A DNA stretch of 64,000 nucleotides from Octopus sinensis (GCF_006345805.1 NC_042998.1:176576001-176640000); one strand, 5' to 3'. Shown: positions 11,514 to 23,731, counted from the stretch's first letter. Notes: generated by a model not told the origin, from the sequence alone. A program made the numbers and translations.

Positions 11514-11545
<32 letters not shown>

Positions 11546-11665
11546 GGTGGTGGTGGTGGTGGTGGTGGTGGTGGTGTGGTGGTGTGGTGGTGGTGATGGT
11601 GATGGTAATGGTGGTGTTGGTGGTGGTGGTGGTGGTGGTGGTGGTGGTGGTGGTGGTGGTGGATG
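11225..11665. repeat. Compound (GTT)/(GCT)/(GGT) trinucleotide microsatellite
   Basis: Direct reading. Confidence 0.95.
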
Positions 11666-12356
11666 GGTGATTTCCAAGTTTTTTTTTGGTGCAGTCTTTC
11701 ATTTTCGGTTTTAATAATTTTTCGTGTATGGTTTTTTTTTTTGTTTTTTGTTTTGTTTTTTTTCATCATTTACATCGAATCTATTTAAGTGAAATGATGA
11801 TAAGATTGTTTGAAACAGGGTCCATTGGATTGATAGGAGATGGAATTAAATGCACCACTGCGAAATGAAACAAATACTTTTGTTAACTATGTACTGTTCC
11901 TTATGCCTTACAGCAAAGTACCTTCCGTGTCAGTCACACTCAAGTCATTTGGTCAACAACATTGACCACGAAACAAATGTTGACCATTCTTTCAGAACAC
12001 AAATGTCAAACAGATACAATCAGCTGTCCCTTCACATGTATCAAATAAATATTATTACAGAGGTGAGTGCGCACATGCATGTGTGTGTACATGTGTGTAT
12101 GCCCATGCACGTGTGCATGCGTGTATAATTAAATGCCGAATCGTATTTCACAACTTCGCCTAGAAAAAAGTTCGTTTCTGAGGGGGAGTGCGTATCTATG
12201 CTGTCGTGTATATTTACATTACAAAAACTGGGTATATGCATGTGTATATATATGTGTTAATAATGTGCGTGCCTGTGTGCATGTATGTGTGTGTGTATTT
12301 GTGTGTATGTTTATGTTACTAAGACTTGGTGTGTAAATATATACATATATGTATAT

Positions 12357-12402
<46 letters not shown>

Positions 12403-12451
12403 TGCACACACAAGCACGCACACACACATACACACAACAAACACACACACA

Positions 12452-12482
<31 letters not shown>

Positions 12483-12483
12483 C

Positions 12484-12546
<63 letters not shown>

Positions 12547-12811
12547 TTTGTGTGTGTATTTGTGTGCTTGTGTACTTTACTAAAACTGAATGTGAGAGTA
12601 TGTGCGTGTGTGTGTACACATGTATGTATGCATATATGTATGCATATGCGTATAAGTGTTTGCGTGAATGTGTACATTACTAAAACTGGATGTATCAATG
12701 TGTATGCAAGTGTGTAAATTAATCAATAAAATGCCAATGCTGACTGTCCATTTTTGGAAGAATATAGGATTATCTCAATTAAAATGTTTGTTTTGCTTGT
12801 AATTCTTTCAG

Positions 12812-12995
12812 ACCATTCGGATATGGAACTGCCACAACGGACAATGCAATCGAACGATCCAACTCAGCAAAGTCGACCCAATCGTTGCTGTCAGCTACAG
12901 TTCTGGTTACATCGCATACGCCCACGGGTCTACCGTTTCGGTTATTCACCTCACAAACAATGACTCAATATTTGAACATAGCGAACATAAAGACA
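12812..12995 (+). CDS. Internal exon of a WD40-repeat protein (phase 0 to 1): TIRIWNCHNGQCNRTIQLSKVDPIVAVSYSSGYIAYAHGSTVSVIHLTNNDSIFEHSEHKT
   Basis: Pyrimidine tract plus TTTCAG acceptor ending at 12811, open frame of 61 codons + 1 nt, GTAGTT donor at 12996. TIRIWN matches the WD40 D-x-T-I-R-I-W motif. Not in the ORF track because it has no start codon. Confidence 0.7.
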
Positions 12996-13020
12996 GGTAG
13001 TTTAAATTATATTCTATGTG

Positions 13021-13084
13021 GATTTTTATGTCAATCTGAGTAAGCTTTATTAAAATAAAGCTTACTCAGATTGACATAAAAATC
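13021..13084. repeat. Perfect palindrome, 31-bp arms with a 2-nt spacer
   Basis: GATTTTTATGTCAATCTGAGTAAGCTTTATT-AA-AATAAAGCTTACTCAGATTGACATAAAAATC. Confidence 0.95.
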
Positions 13085-13314
13085 ACAAATTTCAAGAAGT
13101 ATAATCGGTTGCATTTGACCACATTACGTGACAAATTTTAATTTTATCGGTCCTGGGTTGGATAGATGACAAACAAATGCCAAACAATTTGGCAGTATTT
13201 GGGCACGGAACGTGAAGGAACGTAACGTAATACGGCAAAGCATTTCGTCTGTCACTCTACCGGTTTTAAGATTCACAAAACTCGTAGCTTTTGTTTGATA
13301 ATTACTGAGGGGTC

Positions 13315-13740
13315 GCTGTGTGGTTAAGAAGCTTACTTTGCAACCATGTGGTTTCGGGTTCAGTCCTGCTGCGCGGTACCTTGTGAATGTGCCTTCTACT
13401 GTAGCACCGGGCTGATCAATTGTCTTTTGAGTGAATTGGGTTTTTGGAGACTGTGGGAAAGCCCATCTTAAATATGTGCGTGTGTGCATGTGCGCGCGCG
13501 CGTGTGTGTGTGTGTGTGTGTGGTGTGTGTGTGTGTGTGTAGATATATGAGTGTGTGTTTGTGTTTTGCGTTTCTCTCTCACTATCGCTTGACAACCAGT
13601 ATTGGTTTGTTTATGTTCCTATGATTTAGCAGTCTGGCCAAAGAGGCCGATTGGGATCAGTCTATTCGATTGAACCCATCAAGGCGATGCCCCAATATGA
13701 CTGCAGTCCAGTGCCTGAAACAAGTAATAAATCAAAGATA
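13315..13740 (+). mobile_element. Diverged family B CORE-SINE with internal (GT)n
   Basis: tRNA-like head GTCGCTGTGTGG...GGTTCAGTCC, CORE-like ACCTTGTGAATGTGCCTT and family B tail. Confidence 0.65.
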
Positions 13741-13835
13741 GACACCAAATTACACGTCTAGTGAATGTGTACGGTAAACTACTTCAACACTATAAAGAGG
13801 TAGGAATAAGAATTCTTGTATTTTTCTCCATACAG

Positions 13836-14124
13836 AAAAAAAAAAAAAGATTGTTGATGTGCTCTTAGAAGTACATATTTACTGGTAAGTGGTGGCGGTC
13901 CCCTTCGACATAGAGGACAAAATTAATATTCTGTGGTTCCAGAGGCTACGGAAACAAAACTGGTCGGGCCATGGGATGAAGATATTGATCCAAACGGATC
14001 AATAAATATGGAATCTATCTCTGAGCTGATCAGTCTGCCCGGCGGCACAAAACTATACCCAGCCGTTGAAAGTAGAAAGCCGAGTAATATTCCATGGGAG
14101 CAATATTCCATAACAATTCTCTAG
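13836..14124 (+). pseudogene. Exon-like WD40 block with frameshifts (IVDVLL / STYLLVSGG)
   Basis: Acceptor TTTTTCTCCATACAG. The WD40-like LVSGG strand requires a frameshift after IVDVLLE. Confidence 0.3.
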
Positions 14125-14435
14125 TTACTATAAGAATACTCTCTCCTAATCATTGCAGTAGTAGGTAAATAACGACCAGGATCATCCTGCTGCACAGTGA
14201 GACACAAACCACAGTGGAGGCCTTCGCCTGAGAATCCAGCCTCATTAACGCAGTTGTGCTATAGATTTATATTTCTTATTAAACTCATAAAGAAGACTGT
14301 GGTGATAAGGTGACACAATCACCGATGTTTTTATCATGACATCATTTCTTGGGGGGTTGCCAAGAACTAACGATCCCCCTCTCTCTTAGTAGAAGACTCA
14401 CCCATCAAGAGGAGCCCGATACTTTATGGAATTGA

Positions 14436-14485
<50 letters not shown>

Positions 14486-14488
<3 letters not shown>

Positions 14489-14745
14489 GCAAAATACTCT
14501 CTATGTAATCCCAAGGTTTAAAACAAACATTTTTTTATTTATTTATTTATTTTTTTTTTTTAATTCTTTTTAAAATTTTATTTTTATGTATTAGACATTC
14601 ACTAGTACAACACCAAAAAAAAAAAAAACAAATATATGGCACAGAACTTCCAACCTGTTCTCTCTTGAGGTCTCTGGGTGAGACTTGGAGCCAACTTGTA
14701 CAGACATAAAGCAAAAGTCAAACATAGAATAATAATAATAATATT
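14486..14745 (+). mobile_element. 3' end of an R4/Dong-like LINE following a (TAA)n array, ending in (AAT)n
   Basis: Starts (L)RKILSM*, the same C-terminus type as the adjacent minus-strand copy, followed by a 3' UTR and AAT tail. Confidence 0.5.
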
Positions 14746-14985
14746 CAGTAGTTTTATTTTTATAGCGTGCTTTCTTTTCACTACCGAGCGCAGCTCTGTG
14801 TGCCTTGGGTATGTGCTGCGATTTGTTGTGACGCTCTGATGGTTACTGTATTGAAAGTGTTTTGCGGAGGATGTGCGCAGTGCCCAGTAGTGCAGTTTTC
14901 TGTATGTGATATGTGTTTGTAAGTCCTGGTGTTTTTGTTATGTATTTGTCTGAATATTTTTCATCATACCTAATGCGCCTTATTA
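14746..14985 (-). mobile_element. 3' end of an R4/Dong-like LINE adjoining an (ATT)n array
   Basis: Minus translation ...KYITKTPGLTNTYHIQKTALLGTAHILRKTLSIQ* matches the QKxALLGTAHILRK C-terminus of R4/Dong RLE elements, which are known to target (TAA)n. Confidence 0.75.
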
Positions 14986-15000
14986 TTATCATCATCATCA

Positions 15001-15049
<49 letters not shown>

Positions 15050-15055
15050 CATTAT

Positions 15056-15090
<35 letters not shown>

Positions 15091-16049
15091 TACTACTACT
15101 ACTACCATCATGAACCGATAGTGCAGTATTCTACTGTGAGACAAGTTTTGGTTTTCGCCTTGTAGAGTATCCAAACAGAGAAAAGGACACCCTTCTCATC
15201 GAGTGTGCTCCGTGGGATTACATATGTTTGAGAGGGAGGATGAAATGATGGAAGTGAAGAGAAGGAAAGCGAATATATCGATGGCTTAATTTAGAGCAGA
15301 GCTTACTTGTTCAGAAGAACAAAAACCTTTGTAATTACGGTAGAAAAGACAGAGAAGATACAGAATATCTGCAAGTTAATGTTTGGAAATATGTTGACGA
15401 GGGAATTGTTGCCAATCAGCCGAATAGCTTTCTTTTTCGTGTGGCCAATCGCGCTGATGTCTGTTCGTGGTATGTGAGTAGAGAGTAGAGTAGAGAGCAA
15501 ATTGTAGGTAAGCTAAGTCTCTGATCAGTTGTGTGAGCGACATTAATCTAGATTAGTTAGGCATTTAGTTCAGAGCCTTATCGTTTACACCAGCTTCACA
15601 AATGCTAAGATTTCAAGTAGAGCATAAAAGACCGATCGGACTGCCTCAAATATATAACTAGTAGATGTTTGATCGAGTCCACAAGCACAGTAGGTAAGGT
15701 CAAAACCGGTAGAATTTGAATCTAGAAACTAAATATCAAAACAAATTATTGGCTTTTTATTAGATACAAAAGATATAACAAAGTAGCATTTAGGGAACAA
15801 TAAATATTTTGAAGATAATTCCTGATCCAAGTGCATTAGTAATGAGGATTAAAACTGAGTCTCAGATTTTATTCAATGTGAACCTAACGTTGACTTATTC
15901 TAAACATTTCTATAATTTATACAATAATGTATTAGTGAGTATGACTCAGTCTAATTAAATAATAAACTCTATTGTTATAATTAGTGGATTGAGGCATTTG
16001 AGAACAAAGTACAAGGCGTAACTGAAAAACCTCCTTGTATAAGTACGTA

Positions 16050-16355
16050 TGTTGTTTGTTCCTTCTCGAGCCACGCCTGGCTCATAAGGGCCGGTTTCCC
16101 GGTTTCCTTGGCGTATAGGTTCCCCACCTGGACGGGACGCCGGTCTGTGGCTGGTCAGCTGCAAGATGCAGGAGGAAAGAGTGAGAGAAAGCTGTGGCGA
16201 AAGAGTCAGCAGAAGTTCGCCATTACCTTCTGCCGGAGCCGCGTGGGACTTACGTGTTTCGCTCATAAACACACACATCGCCCGGCCTGAGATTCGAACC
16301 CGCGATCCCTCGACCGCGAGTCCGCTGCTCTAACCACTAGGCCATGCGCCTCCAC
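16050..16355 (-). mobile_element. tRNA-derived SINE (family C head) with RTE-like 3' tail
   Basis: Reverse-complement head GTGGAGGCGCATGGCCTAGTGG...GGTTCGAATCTC. The tail CCCACCTGGACGGGA is shared with 18620-18835. Confidence 0.75.
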
Positions 16356-16509
16356 GACGTATGTATGTATGTATGTATGTATGTATGTATGTATGTATGT
16401 GTGTGTATGTATGCATGTATGTATGTATGTATGTATGTATGTATGTATGTATGTATGTATGTGTGTATGTATGCATGTGATCACGTGATCGACTAGACTA
16501 TTGGATGTT

Positions 16510-16775
16510 GCTATACATAGCCAATCCTAATGCGCATTGAATCGTTTTAGCTTTCAAATGGTGCCAGCCCAGTGACTAGGCGAGCTGGCCAGCTTTTACT
16601 CCTAATCGGAAGGCTAGTCCATAGCAGGGTTACCCATTTGCAGCTGAATGAACTGAAGCACTGGAACAACATGAAATGAAGTATATTGCTCAAGAACAGA
16701 ATGCGCCGCTCGGTCCGGAATCGAATTCACGATTTAGCAGCTTTGAGTGCAACACCCTAACCACTAAGCCACATG
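16510..16775 (-). mobile_element. Decayed tRNA-SINE
   Basis: Reverse-complement head TGGCTTAGTGGTTAGGGTG...GAATTCGATTCC plus CORE-like TTCTTGAGCAA. Confidence 0.6.
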
Positions 16776-16858
16776 TTTGTGTGTGTGTGTATGTTTGTGT
16801 GTGTGTACGTGTGTGTGTGTGTGTGTGTGTGCGTGCGTGTATATTTATATAAATATGT

Positions 16859-16901
<43 letters not shown>

Positions 16902-17579
16902 GTTGGAGGTTTTTCTGTTGCACCTGTATTTTATTGTCATACGCATCATAGTGATGGTAAGAGAACACGAACCGCTGACCTTTCAAACTGGTTGTCCGAT
17001 ACATATTGACTCGATTATTCTCACTCTCAGAAACTAAATACTTAAGATATTTAATCTGGAGCACTAATCATCTGCCAACTCCACTGCACTTGTCTAAACA
17101 AATATTAAAAACAAAATCAATATCTGTTGATGCTGGACACACAGCTCAACTACTGCATAAACGTCTGATCTTTGTTTGAAGAAGAAAGAGTTTTAATTTG
17201 TCATGGCATTGAATATAGCGTTCAGTTTTTATCCTTTAATCCACATCGGGCAGTATGCGTTCGGATCAATATAGTGAGCAACTGCTTGGTTTAATGAAAT
17301 TGCCAGAAAAGTCTGTCATTGCAATCGGATAATCTTTAATCCTTCCCACCATAAGGTACACAACACGTCTCTCACGTGTCACGCGTGTCTTAACAAAAGA
17401 TCACTCTTTGAGCAATAGGTTCTTCGTCATCCATCACCTTAGTAATATTAGATTTCCATTAACATTTCCTTTCCACTATATTTAGCTCTAGAGTTAAGTG
17501 TGGACAGAAATAGTCTACATAGGAATGAGAGAGAGATTGTTAGAAGTTACCACTCATTAATTTATTTGATTCATTTATA

Positions 17580-17975
17580 GTGACAACAGTAATAGAATTG
17601 ATTAAACAAGTTCACGCTGTGAGGGCTTTTATTAAAGCCAAAACACACATAGAAGAAGAACTTGGAAGCCGATACTACAAGCGAAAGATGAGAACATTGA
17701 TTATCCACTGTTACTGTTGTTTACAGCAATGAGTAATGGCTGTTTACAGTAGCTATCTGTAGCTAGATGGACTGAGTATGATTTAATTTGATCATTAACA
17801 ACTGAAGCGTCAGTGACGAAATTTGAACCACTGATCAGCGGGGGGAGCCAGTCGAACGCCATGTCGATTCTTCATTGACTCAGTATTCTTTGGTTCTTTG
17901 AAGTACAACGCAATAAAGAGAGATCTTCGCTATTTTATGTGTAGCTATCTGCACAGAGCAAAAGATAATTTCCTG
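17580..17975 (+). pseudogene. Exon-like block with in-frame stops (LLLLFTAMSNGCLQ*...SVTKFEPL), possible WD40 remnant
   Basis: Bounded by TTCATTTATAG and CTG|GTGAGT. The composition looks coding-like but there are several stops. Confidence 0.25.
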
Positions 17976-18619
17976 GTGAGTCAAATCCGTGACATTTTTT
18001 TTTAATTCTCGGTGGAAGACAATTTAATTATCTTACAAGCTAATACTCTTGAGAAATTAGTGAATGTCATGTTATATCATTCCTCTCATAAATTTTCTCT
18101 TTTTTTTATGTAAGCAGAAAAAAAATCTATATTATATTCGTAACAGATTTAGATTTGCAGAGCACATGATAAGATAAATTTCTTTGTGTCTTGATGACAC
18201 AACTAGAACGATATTGATGATGTGACTTCTACACTAAGTCTATGTCTACTTCTGTTCTATTTATAACTGTAGTATTTATTAGCTTGCCACGTTTCCATTG
18301 CTGGAAGGAGTGGTCTGAATGCTACCAGTCAAAGAACGTTAGATCAGTTTTCTCCAGAGTATTTGTATCTCTGACAATATCCAACCAGTCCATTTTTAGA
18401 TATTATCAAATCGATTGCGCTTTTACTTTTATTTATTTATTTTACCGACTTTGCTTACTTTTTATATCGAACCTTAAACTGTATATTTATAATAAAAAAA
18501 AAAGAAGCAAACAAACAAACAAAATGTATATCTTATATATAAAATGTTCAGGCTATCACTTTCCTAGGTTTTCTAGTTGGCCAATTTCATCTTTAAGATC
18601 CTTTCCAAGTCATATAGAC

Positions 18620-18835
18620 TCAGGGCCTGTTACCCGGTTTCTGTTATGCATATATTCCCCACCTGGACGGGATTCCAGTCCGTCGTAAGATTACTCATTT
18701 TTGCCAGCTGAGTGGCCAGGAGCAACATGAAACGAAGTGTCTTGCTTAAGAGCAAAACGCGTTGCCCGGTTCCGGAACCAAAACCACAATCTTAGGATCA
18801 TGAATCCAACACCCTAATCACTAAGCCACACGTTC
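18620..18835 (-). mobile_element. Decayed tRNA-SINE with RTE-like tail
   Basis: Reverse-complement head and CORE-like CTTAAGCAAGACACTT. Confidence 0.6.
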
Positions 18836-19263
18836 TGCCACATAGTTCTGACAGCTCAAATTTATCATAAACGTAGTATACTTACCTAGAAATTTGCTCC
18901 ATATTTATTTCATAGACCAAAGTTTAAAATAAGTATTCTGCTACTTAACACTCCCTTTTCCAGCAGCCGCAGCCAATCCAAGTGACTCAACAGACTGAAG
19001 TCTTTCATTGCTGTAAATCCTGTTAACATCCTTAACTAACCAGACAATGTAATAATGATTTCTTACATTCGTAATAAATTCAATCAATACTAATACATAG
19101 TTAATAGGGATTGACTGAATTCGTAATTCGGTTGCTTTATATAAATAGGTTTCCGTAATTTTCTGGCGATGAAACCATGGACGAGTTAAACTTACACTGC
19201 ATGTCAGAAACACCTGAGTTTTCTGACCAGATTTTATCTGATATAGTATGTGTTTGTGTGTGT

Positions 19264-19317
<54 letters not shown>

Positions 19318-19356
19318 CGTGCGTGCGTGTGTGTGTGTGTGTACATATATATATAC

Positions 19357-19403
<47 letters not shown>

Positions 19404-19409
19404 TTGTGA

Positions 19410-19685
19410 GAGCGCATGGCCTAGTGGTTAGGCTGTTGGACTCACGATCGCGAGGTCGTAGTTTCAATTCCTAGACCGGTTAGTGCATTGCATTATGTTC
19501 TTGAGCAAAACACTTCATCTTATGTTGCACTGCGTGAAATACGGTACACCTGTTCAGGCAACGTCGATTTGATGGAGAAAGTGAGCTAATGTGCTGCATG
19601 AACAATTGATCACTATAAACAAATCATTTGTGTAGGTCGTTCGGCAAAAGACTGAATGTCCATACGTCATCTTCGACGGGAGAGT
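19410..19685 (+). mobile_element. tRNA-derived CORE-like SINE
   Basis: TGGCCTAGTGG A box, GTTTCAATTCC B box, TTCTTGAGCAAAACACTT core. Confidence 0.7.
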
Positions 19686-19893
19686 CCAATATATACAATA
19701 ATAACCATATTATTACAGCTGTTTCATAAACTTCACCATCTAACAGCATTAATTTCAACATCCCATATTATATGCGTGCATTTTACATCCATATGTGTAT
19801 TATACATTGTATACATTGTATATTTACATAGAAATGTATAATAGGGGAAAACTAACTCATCTGATCAAATATACCTTCAGGATTCATATATAT

Positions 19894-20047
19894 AGGCGTA
19901 GGAGTGGCTGTGGGGTAAGAACCACATGGTTCCTGGTTCAGTCCTACTGCGTGGCAACTTAGGCAAGTGTCTTCTACCAGAGCTTCGGCTGACCAAAGCC
20001 TTGTGAGTGGATTTGGTAGACAGAAACTGAAAGAAGTCTGCCGTATG

Positions 20048-20087
<40 letters not shown>

Positions 20088-20362
20088 TATGATGTATGTA
20101 TGTATGTATGTATGTATGTATGTATGTATGTATGTATGTATGTATGTATGTATGTATATGTTTGTGTGTCTGTCTGTGACCCCAACATCGCTTGACAACC
20201 AATGCTGGTGTGTTAACATCCCCGTAACTTAGCGGTTTGGCACAAGAGACCGATAGAATAAGTACTAGGCTTACAAAGAATAAGTCCTGGGGGTGATTTG
20301 CTCGACTAAAGGCGGTGCTCCAGCATGGCAGCAGTCAAATGACAGAAACAAATAAAAGAAAG
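19894..20362 (+). mobile_element. Full-length family B CORE-SINE with internal (TA)/(TATG)n
   Basis: GGAGTGGCTGTGGGG head, CTTAGGCAAGTGTCTT CORE motif and complete 3' tail. Confidence 0.85.
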
Positions 20363-21155
20363 TGAAAGAAAAAACTTATACATACATACATACATACATA
20401 CATACATACATACATACATGCATACATACATACATACATACATACATGCATACATACATATATGTATATCAAAAATTAAAAGTACAACAAACGGAAAATT
20501 TCACAAAATCGTTACAAACGGAAAATTCGCAGCTAATTCCTCATCGGTCAACATCCAAAAGATCATTACAATTTCGTGCCTTTAAAGGTCATATTGTTCA
20601 CTGTACCAGTGGCGAAAAGCCACTGGAAATAGCTAACGAATGTACAAGGCAATGACGAAAACTACAAAATAAAGTATACATATACAACAAAAAAGACAGG
20701 TATGGTTTAACGAAAGGAAGATGAAAATGCGCTGAAAGACTGGAGACAATACAAAGACAGACAGAAAGTCAGTACGAAGGAAGACGTAAAGTATTAGAAA
20801 GGAAAAGAGAAAGGGAAGAAAGCAAAATGAAGAATGAGACAGAAATAGACGTCGCACAAAAAATATTCCAAGATTATTTTACAAATGAGTATAAGAAAAA
20901 TCTAATCAATTACTAATCAATTATTTTGACTTCGGTGAAGAGGAAATAATTTCATGATGTCCATGCGTTTCTTAATAGTCTTGGGAGATAAATAAAATAA
21001 AATATTTATGATGATTCTCAGTTCGCCAAGAATATATCTTCTGATGTACGACGCTCGCCATATTTTAACTTATAACAATAAATTTGACACGCATAAGACT
21101 TCAATAAAGGGGAAAGGGTTTCATGATGTTCATGCCTTTCTTAATAGTCTTAGGA

Positions 21156-21550
21156 GCAAGGCGGTGAGCTGGCAAAAACGTTAGCACGCCGGGTGAAATG
21201 CTTAGCGGTATTTCGTCTGCCGTTACGTTCTGAGTTCAAATTCCGCCGAGGTCGACTTTGCCTTTCATCCTTTCGGGGTCGATTAAATAAGTACCAGTTA
21301 CGCACTGGGGTCGATATAATCGACTTAATCCGTTTGTCTGTCCTTGTTTGTCCCCACTCTGTGTTTAGTCCCTTGTGGGTAATAAAGAAATAGGTATTTC
21401 GTCTGTCTTTACGTTCTGAGTTCAAATTCCGCCGGGGTCGACTTTGCCTTTCATACTTTCAGAGTCGATAAATTAAGTACCATTTGCGTACTGGGGTCGA
21501 TCTTATCGACTGGCTCCCTCCCTAAAAATTTCGGGCCAAGAGTAGAAAAG
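21156..21550 (+). mobile_element. Dimeric family A SINE with 13-bp TSD
   Basis: A full monomer is followed at about 21394 by a second, headless monomer with an alternative tail. AATAGTCTTAGGA occurs at 21143-21155 and 21551-21563. Confidence 0.85.
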
Positions 21551-21867
21551 AATAGTCTTAGGAACGGTTCATCTGGTGCAATAATTCTAATGTACGACGT
21601 TTGCCATATTTATCTTATAAAAGAAAAACTACTACACATGAGTGATAAACCTGTTCGAGTTAACAGAAAGTCGGACACTTGATACAAATTCGATGGTTTA
21701 TATTCGAACACTAGTGATTCTATGTATCCATAAGAAAGACTGATCCATCCATACAGCTCTAATTACAAGGCCTGGAGGAAGCATAGTTCGCTGTTAGTAG
21801 AAATATGCAGTATCTTATTTCTTATGCGTATATTCATAGCTTTAGGCTTTATTTCTAATCATCACAG

Positions 21868-22245
21868 GCTGAACTTGTAGTAATAGACTGGAATTCCAAT
21901 CTAAAGAAGCAATTATCTCACAAATGACTCACTGTCATGAAAACTGTGTCAAGCTCCAATGCACAAAACGTTTCTTATGCAAGTCTGTAAGATGAAAGAT
22001 TTTGGTCAAATTATGTGCAATGCACAATAATTCAGCTCCCTCTGTAACTAGATACACACACCCAAAACACACACTTTAAGCAACACGTACATTCTGAACT
22101 CCCTCTAACATCTAGAAAGGGCACAGTCCTGAGGGTTTTTTCCCTACATCTCCATTAACCTTTAAACTGCAGCGCGCCAGACACAACGATAAACTCTTTC
22201 GAAATGAGCAAACCTACTGTCAATGTATAAGAGCCCCAACATAAG
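21868..22245 (+). pseudogene. WD40-like exon remnants with frameshift and stops (ELVVIDWNS / THCHENCVKLQC; KGTVLRVFSL..*..SAPDTTI..*EPQHK)
   Basis: Splice-like borders ATCACAG| (21867), |GTAAGA (21987) and AAG|GTAAGG (22246). The WD40-like words are interrupted by TAA/TGA or frame changes. Confidence 0.4.
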
Positions 22246-22440
22246 GTAAGGAATCTGTCTTCCATCAAGGAGTAATTAGAGACGAAAAAAAAAAGCCTTT
22301 CAAAGGGAATATCACCAAGTATAAATATGAAACAGGTTGGGAATTGTTCAGTCACCTTTGATGTAAATAGAATATTTTTTATAAATTATTCTTGTTTTTT
22401 GTCTTTCTCATTTTTTTTTTTTTTTTGTTTTCAATTTTAG

Positions 22441-22584
22441 AATCGAGACAGTACAACTTAAAATATACTCAAACGAGAACCTTCACCCACTTTTAAGTAA
22501 AAAGAAGAAGACCTCAACGGATTTCCAAGGAATTTTAATGACTGGTGCGAGAGACAATTATGTAAAATATTGCAATCTTGGAGA
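22441..22584 (+). CDS. Internal exon of a WD40-repeat protein (phase 2 to 2): IETVQLKIYSNENLHPLLSKKKKTSTDFQGILMTGARDNYVKYCNLG
   Basis: Long poly-T tract with TTTTAG acceptor, 144-nt open exon and GA|GTAAGT donor. LMTGARDNYVKYCNL matches the WD40 L-x-T-G-x-x-D-x-x-V-K-x-W-N/D signature, with W replaced by C. Confidence 0.72.
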
Positions 22585-22770
22585 GTAAGTTATTTTAAAG
22601 CAACATCGATCTATGATTATCAATCAACGATTCTTTTAGCAGAGACCTTTTATAAACACTCCACCGTGTTTAACTTTAATGCTTATATTTGTCAGATATA
22701 TTTTTAAAGCTCTCAATCTTACATGAATGCAAGCGACGAGCAGAATGACGCGATCACGTGGTATACGCCA

Positions 22771-23000
22771 GGGGCGAGCTGGCAGATATGTTAGCACGCC
22801 GGGCGAAATGCGTAGCTGTATGTCGTCTGCCGTTACGTTCTGAGTTCAAATTCCGCCGAGGTTGACTTTTCCTTTCATCCTTTCGGGGTCGATTAAATAA
22901 GTACCAGTTACGCACTGGGATTGATATAATCGACTTAATCCGTGTGTCTGTCCTTGTTTGTCCTCTCTGTGTTTAGCCCCTTGTGGGTAGTAAAGAAATA
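22771..23000 (+). mobile_element. Family A SINE with 15-bp TSD
   Basis: GGTATACGCCAGGGG at 22760-22774 and 23001-23015. Confidence 0.9.
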
Positions 23001-23169
23001 GGTATACGCCAGGGGTGCCATGACGTAGTTTCAATCTTTGAATTTTTACTCTACTTACGCTGCTAAATTACATAAACGTCACAATAATTTTTTTTCTTTC
23101 CTACAGCCATTTTGTTGAACCAAAACAAACCAATACACAAATGTAAGTGCAGACGGTTACCACTCTGAT

Positions 23170-23731
23170 AGTTCATATCTTAGACATGCGGCCTAAACTG
23201 GAGATTAACTCAGTTACCATCGTGGTTTCTTGGCTGACAATAGAACATTCCTCATTGAATGGGACGCTGGTCGATCGCAAGAGTTGACTTCTCACCTATT
23301 TACTAGAACTCATTTACAGCTGAGTGAATTGTAGCATCGGGAAATGAAGTATTTTGCTCAAGAACACAATGTAGAATCTGATCCGGGAATCAAAATCACG
23401 ATCGCACGGTCGCACCTTGCACATCTTAGTACTTACCTAAAAGCATGAGATACACTGTGTAGTTGTACGCGGTGGGACACGGGTCAAGGTTAAAAGGTAA
23501 AGACTCCCTTCGGTCATGAATGACCATGGGATTGCACCTAGAAAGTTACCCTCCGAGGCACTGGTCCGGGCAAGATCGTTTTATGGAAGACCAGCAGTTG
23601 CCCATGCATACCAGCCTCCCCCTCTCCACACCACCGATATTATCCAAGGGAAAGGCAAAAGCCAGTACAGCTTGGCACCAGTGATGTTGCAACTCATTTC
23701 TACGCAGCTGAGTAAACTGGAACAACATATG

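Noticed and set aside
17802-17822. CTGAAGC-GTC-AGT-GAC-GAAA
   Set aside because: A9 is replaced and there is no stem III or stem I; a chance match.
22110-22150. KGTVLRVFSL resembling WIPI/Atg18
   Set aside because: Short match flanked by stops, and the neighbouring exons fit generic WD40 repeats; no symbol assigned.
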